The position numbers and the translations under genes were made by a program. The notes under the pieces are model-generated. The model had not been told where the DNA came from. It ran no database searches and was given only the letters and a program-made list of their open reading frames with translations. From Christiangramia sp. (GTDB lineage Bacteria > Bacteroidota > Bacteroidia > Flavobacteriales > Flavobacteriaceae), in the NCBI GenBank assembly GCA_041580575.1, contig JBFGDP010000001.1, positions 1,468 through 65,467 of the forward strand: 64,000 nt of DNA. The letters run 5' to 3'. Shown here piece after piece: positions 59,462 through 64,000 of the stretch (positions within the stretch are counted from its first letter, which is position 1; each line of letters begins with the position of its first letter).

Positions 59462-62035
59462 ATGCACAGAGAACCGAGATTAGATAGATTTAATGATAAT
59501 GTGCTTGCGAAATACCAGGTTTACAACAGTATATTTCTCACCCTGCCGTACGATGAAATAAAAAAGACCGGAGCGCTCCTACCTTTATTTCAGGAAATTT
59601 GTGAGAGTGGCTTTAAAAAAAATCAGAATCCTACAGAAATTGTAGATCGTTTCTTTGAAAAATACGGTGAAAATCCTACTGAAGAAGAAAAAATAGACCT
59701 GTTATTCAGGTTTATTCAATATATAGAAAGACAGGTGGTGCTTTTTGATGCCATTGAAGATGCTTCATTTTCTATTGTTAATAATATGGATGGTCGCGGT
59801 ACTTTAAGAAGCGTGAAAGAAGAGGCCGAGGCTAAGCAAAGAGTGGGAGAGTTGAAGGAGTATCTTAAAAGGTTCAAGGTTAGGCCAACCCTAACTGCTC
59901 ATCCCACCCAATTCTATCCCGGAACCGTACTAGGAATTATAACTGATCTGGATAATGCTATTCGTAACAATGATCTGGTAAGGATCAAGCAGTTACTGGC
60001 TCAATTAGGTAAAACGCCTTTTTTCAATAAGGAAAAGCCTACACCGTATGATGAAGCGGTGAATTTGATCTGGTATTTTGAGAATGTTTTCTATCAAAGT
60101 GCGAGTAAGATCCATAATTATATTCAGCAAAATATATTTGACGGGGAAGAAGTTGGTAACCAGGTGATAAACCTTGGATTCTGGCCCGGTGGAGATAGAG
60201 ATGGGAATCCATTTGTGACTACAGATATTACTCTGAGAGTTGCTAAGAGATTAAGAAGAACGGTATTGCTTAATTATTACCGGGATATTCGGGAATTAAA
60301 GCGCCGTCTTACTTTTAGAGAGGTACATGAGTTGATGGGTGAAATAGAAAAAGGATTGTATGATTCTGCAATTTCGCGATCAGGAAATATTAAACTACCA
60401 CTTAAGGATCTTAAGCATAAGCTGTACAGGATCAAAAATATACTGGTTGAAAAACATCAATCCCTGTTCCTGGACGAGGTAGACGATATGATCAATAAAG
60501 TCAACCTCTTCGGTTATCATTTTGCGACCCTGGATATAAGGCAGGATTCAAGTATTCACCAGGAAGTACTGGATGAGATCAAGGCATTAAAACCTGAATT
60601 GATCCCTTCAGATTTTAATGAACTGGATGATGAAAGCCAGATAGAAATACTGAGTAAAGTAACTGCGAAGGTAGATCTCGAAGATTTTGAGGAAGGTATG
60701 GCGAAAGCTACTTTGTCATCTATTTATGCAATGCAGGAAATCCAGGAGAAAAGCGGAGAGCCAGGAGCTAATCGATACATAATTAGTAACTGCGGAAGTG
60801 TGCAGGGCGTATTGCAGCCATTTGCCTTTATTAGGATGACCGGTTGGGAAAAACCAAGTGTAGATGTAATCCCGCTATTTGAAACAGTGCCAGATTTACA
60901 GAAGGCTCATATCGTGATGGAAAATCTTTATAATAATCCTGTATATAAAGAGCATCTTGAACGCCGGGGAAATAAACAAACTATCATGCTGGGCTTTAGT
61001 GACGGGACTAAAGATGGAGGCTATCTTATGGCGAACTGGAGTATTTTCAAAGCCAAAGAGGCATTAACAAAAATTTCCCGGGAGTATGGGATCAAAGTGG
61101 TCTTTTTTGACGGTAGAGGAGGGCCTCCTGCCAGAGGCGGTGGTAAAACCCATCAATTCTACGCTTCTTTAGGGCCAACCATAGAAAATGAAGAAATTCA
61201 GCTCACCGTCCAGGGGCAAACTATTAGTTCAAATTTTGGAACTAAGGATTCCTGTACCTATAATCTGGAACAGTTGTTAAGTTCTGGTGTTTCTAATGAG
61301 ATTTTTAGTAATGGAAAGAACGAGCTGCGGGAGGATGACAGAAACACCATGACAGAGCTAGCCGAGATCAGTTATGCGACCTATACAGATTTTAAGAAGC
61401 ATCCAAGATTTATTCCCTATCTGGAGAAGATGAGTACCTTAAAATATTATGCGAAAACCAATATTGGGAGCAGGCCATCAAAACGAAATAAATCTGCTGA
61501 GTTAAATCTTTCAGATCTTCGTGCAATCCCATTTGTAGGTAGCTGGAGCCAGTTGAAGCAAAATGTTCCCGGATTCTTTGGGGTAGGAACAGCCATGGCA
61601 AAATTTGAAAAAGACGGAAATTTTGATAGAGTACAGCAATTATATAATAATTCAGAATTTTTCAGAACTCTTCTGGAAAACAGTATGATGAGTCTTACCA
61701 AGTCTTTCTTTCCTTTAACATCTTATATGAAAGAAGATGAAGAATTTGGAGAATTCTGGCAGTTGATCCACGAAGAATTTGAGCGCAGCAAGAAAATGCT
61801 CTTGAAGGTGACCGGGTATGATAAACTAATGCAGAATCAACCTGCCGGTAGAGCCTCTATTGAAGCCAGGGAGCGAATAGTTTTACCTCTGTTAACAATT
61901 CAGCAACACGCATTGCGGACCATTCAGCAACTAAACGCGCAGCCGGACGATCACAGGGAAAAATTAGATATCTATGAGAAGATTGTGACCAGGTCTCTTT
62001 ACGGAAATATTAATGCAAGTAGAAATTCAGCTTAA
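59462..62035 (+). CDS. ppc: Phosphoenolpyruvate carboxylase
   Basis: LTAHPT, GGDRDGNP, PLFET, MLGFSDGTKDGG, GRGG...RGG, TVQGQ, LRAIP, C-terminal RNSA. Confidence 0.95.
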   Translation: MHREPRLDRFNDNVLAKYQVYNSIFLTLPYDEIKKTGALLPLFQEICESGFKKNQNPTEIVDRFFEKYGENPTEEEKIDLLFRFIQYIERQVVLFDAIEDASFSIVNNMDGRGTLRSVKEEAEAKQRVGELKEYLKRFKVRPTLTAHPTQFYPGTVLGIITDLDNAIRNNDLVRIKQLLAQLGKTPFFNKEKPTPYDEAVNLIWYFENVFYQSASKIHNYIQQNIFDGEEVGNQVINLGFWPGGDRDGNPFVTTDITLRVAKRLRRTVLLNYYRDIRELKRRLTFREVHELMGEIEKGLYDSAISRSGNIKLPLKDLKHKLYRIKNILVEKHQSLFLDEVDDMINKVNLFGYHFATLDIRQDSSIHQEVLDEIKALKPELIPSDFNELDDESQIEILSKVTAKVDLEDFEEGMAKATLSSIYAMQEIQEKSGEPGANRYIISNCGSVQGVLQPFAFIRMTGWEKPSVDVIPLFETVPDLQKAHIVMENLYNNPVYKEHLERRGNKQTIMLGFSDGTKDGGYLMANWSIFKAKEALTKISREYGIKVVFFDGRGGPPARGGGKTHQFYASLGPTIENEEIQLTVQGQTISSNFGTKDSCTYNLEQLLSSGVSNEIFSNGKNELREDDRNTMTELAEISYATYTDFKKHPRFIPYLEKMSTLKYYAKTNIGSRPSKRNKSAELNLSDLRAIPFVGSWSQLKQNVPGFFGVGTAMAKFEKDGNFDRVQQLYNNSEFFRTLLENSMMSLTKSFFPLTSYMKEDEEFGEFWQLIHEEFERSKKMLLKVTGYDKLMQNQPAGRASIEARERIVLPLLTIQQHALRTIQQLNAQPDDHREKLDIYEKIVTRSLYGNINASRNSA

Positions 62036-62554
62036 ATGAAAAAATCTAAATTAACTCATGGGGAATTTGGAGATTTCTATTCCGGATATATCGCGAAAAT
62101 AGAGGATGATGCAGATCTCCTCACCACTTTGCAGACCAATACCGAGGAGATGATATCTTTCTTTAAAACTATTCCTTCGGAAAAATGGAGTTATAGGTAT
62201 AAACCTGAAAAATGGAGTATTCTTGAAATGGTACAGCATATCATAGATACAGAGAGAATTTTTCAATACCGCGCACTTTGTTTTGCCAGAAACGAACAAA
62301 AATCATTACCTGGCTTCGATCACGATCTTTATGTATTGAATTCTCACAGCGAGCATAGAAGCACGGCAGACCTTATCGAAGAGTTTGAGATCGTACGAAA
62401 GTCGGGAATTCTGCTTTACAAAAGTTTTACCGTGGATATGTTGAGTGTGATAGGGAATATGAACGACGTGAATGGTTCTCCAAGAGCTATTGGCTTTATT
62501 ATGGTTGGGCATGCCTTGCATCATAAAGAGATTATAACCAACAGGTATCTTTAA
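62036..62554 (+). CDS. DinB family protein
   Basis: Y.PEKWSI.E...H.IDTERIF.YR, GH..HH. Confidence 0.9.
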   Translation: MKKSKLTHGEFGDFYSGYIAKIEDDADLLTTLQTNTEEMISFFKTIPSEKWSYRYKPEKWSILEMVQHIIDTERIFQYRALCFARNEQKSLPGFDHDLYVLNSHSEHRSTADLIEEFEIVRKSGILLYKSFTVDMLSVIGNMNDVNGSPRAIGFIMVGHALHHKEIITNRYL

Positions 62555-63552
62555 TGTTGAGAGGGTTTAAAATATTTCTGAAATTATTAAAGAAATCCTA
62601 TTTAAGCTGGGAAAAGAACGGAGCCTACGCTAGAAGTGCTACTATTGCTTATTATGCATTATTTTCCCTTCCCTCTCTATTAATTATCGTAGTAAGTATT
62701 GCGGGTTATTTTTTTGGGCAGGAAGCCGTGCAGGGTCGATTAACCGGTGAAATCTCCAAATTTATTGGAGAGGATACTGCTAATGCCGTGGAATCAATGA
62801 TCGAGAATGCCGCCCTGAATCAGGATTCTACCTTAACGGTGCTCTTTGGACTAGCCATGTTGGTTTTTGGGGCAACAGGTGTGTTCTTTCAGCTTAAGAT
62901 AGCGATGAACAATATTTGGAACGTCGCAGCGAAAAGAACCAATCTAATGCGGCTTATTCTGGACCGTGTGATCTCCCTGGGAATGGTTTTCGTGCTTGGG
63001 TTGCTTTTATTGATAGCGATGGTCATTTCAGCATTATTACATATTGTATCTGAAAAAGTTGAAAACTTTTTCCCCGATGTGACCGAGCTTATGGTAAATG
63101 TTGCTAATTATCTACTTTCCTTTTTTATTATAACCACACTTTTTGCTGCTATTTTTAAATTGCTCCCAGACATTAAGATAAGGATAAGAACCACTTATGT
63201 GGGGGCTGCTTTGACCTCGATTCTTTTTCTTATTGGTGAATCACTTATCAGTTTTTACTTTGGCCAAAGTTCTCCCGGCTCGGTATATGGTGGAGCATCC
63301 TCGGTAGTTCTAATTTTATTATGGGTGTATTTTACCTGCCTTATCCTATTCTTCGGCGCAGAATTTACCGTACAATATGCACTAATTACAAAAGAAAAGA
63401 TTGTTCCCAATAGGTTTGGCGAACCGGCAATTTACCAGGAAATGGAAAAACTGGAACGTCGAAAGATGGAAATTGAAGAAGAAAAACATATTCTGGATAA
63501 ATTGAAATCTCATCTGGATTTTAACGAAAAAGAAAAAAATAAAGAAAATTAG
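62554..63552 (+). CDS. YihY/virulence factor BrkB family membrane protein
   Basis: A.IAYYALFSLP.L, L...MN.IW, IFKLLPD, YG...S....LLWVY. Confidence 0.92.
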   Translation: MLRGFKIFLKLLKKSYLSWEKNGAYARSATIAYYALFSLPSLLIIVVSIAGYFFGQEAVQGRLTGEISKFIGEDTANAVESMIENAALNQDSTLTVLFGLAMLVFGATGVFFQLKIAMNNIWNVAAKRTNLMRLILDRVISLGMVFVLGLLLLIAMVISALLHIVSEKVENFFPDVTELMVNVANYLLSFFIITTLFAAIFKLLPDIKIRIRTTYVGAALTSILFLIGESLISFYFGQSSPGSVYGGASSVVLILLWVYFTCLILFFGAEFTVQYALITKEKIVPNRFGEPAIYQEMEKLERRKMEIEEEKHILDKLKSHLDFNEKEKNKEN

Positions 63553-63630
63553 CTTCCCCCTTAATAAAGGTTTAACTCTATACCCCGTGGTTTTAGTAGG
63601 TTCTTAATACATTAACCTTCCTTCATCTGG

Positions 63631-63638
63631 TATCTTTG
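63631..63638 (+). promoter_or_regulatory. Bacteroidota -7 promoter element (TATCTTTG)
   Basis: TAnnTTTG about 27 nt upstream of ATG 63665. Confidence 0.55.
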
Positions 63639-63664
63639 AGTGAACTAAAAATTTAAATTTTATT

Positions 63665-64000
63665 ATGGAAAAGAGAATTGCGATTTTGGCTACAAATGGA
63701 TTTGAAGAAAGTGAGTTGGCCTCTCCAAAAGAAGCAATGGAGAAAGAAGGATTTAAGGTTGATGTTGTTAGTCTGGAAAAAGGAAAGATAAAATCCTGGG
63801 ATAAGGATAACTGGGGTAAAGATTTTGATGTGGATTATAGTCTGGACGAAGTTTCAGCAAAAGAATACAATGCCCTCGTATTGCCAGGAGGAGTCATAAA
63901 TCCAGATAAATTAAGACGCGAAGAATCTGCTCTTATTTTTGTGCGAGACTTCTTTAAACAAAAAAAGCCAGTAGCAGCGATTTGCCATGCGGCCTGGACT
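63665..64000 (+). CDS. PfpI/DJ-1 family type 1 glutamine-amidotransferase-like protein (runs off the window)
   Basis: Manual translation: MEKRIAILATNGFEESEL.SP...LVLPGGVINPDKLR...KPVAAICHAAW. Confidence 0.92.
   Translation, partial: MEKRIAILATNGFEESELASPKEAMEKEGFKVDVVSLEKGKIKSWDKDNWGKDFDVDYSLDEVSAKEYNALVLPGGVINPDKLRREESALIFVRDFFKQKKPVAAICHAAWT

Noticed and set aside
1-64000. rRNA, tRNA, prophage, IS or defence systems
   Set aside because: No such motifs recognised; intergenic gaps are short and nearly all genes are housekeeping or envelope functions

Overview
Core-chromosome segment of a Flavobacteriaceae bacterium (Bacteroidota; gene content, a T9SS C-terminal domain and TAnnTTTG promoter elements point to a marine Gramella/Salegentibacter-like organism, which is an inference). 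It holds about 53 protein genes: hup, fmt, recQ-like, murA, a pyrC-like gene, two GAF histidine kinases, pcm, lolD-like, msrA, folE, serA, serC, treS-mak, a T9SS M4 protease, two TonB-dependent receptors, prolyl oligopeptidase, ychF, parE/parC, mscL, ppc and others. One small gene carries a nonsense mutation, and there are many intrinsic terminators. I found no rRNA, tRNA, CRISPR, IS or prophage. Best candidate for an undescribed system: a 105-aa membrane-targeted His/Cys-rich upstream ORF ending in RGPP (a RAPP-type ribosome-arrest motif), 42 nt upstream of a TonB-dependent receptor with a His/Glu-rich loop; this looks like a CruR-like metal-sensing translational switch with His-type ligands. 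Other highlights: a dense TTTACA-N2-TGTAAA operator array between an XRE regulator and an M14 peptidase, a PncC/NadD-like double pseudo-enzyme, an exported PIMT coupled to a membrane spermidine-synthase-like protein, an orphan sRNA/small-ORF unit, and degenerate active sites in PyrC and the TreS-fused maltokinase. All calls come from reading motifs by eye; no searches were run.
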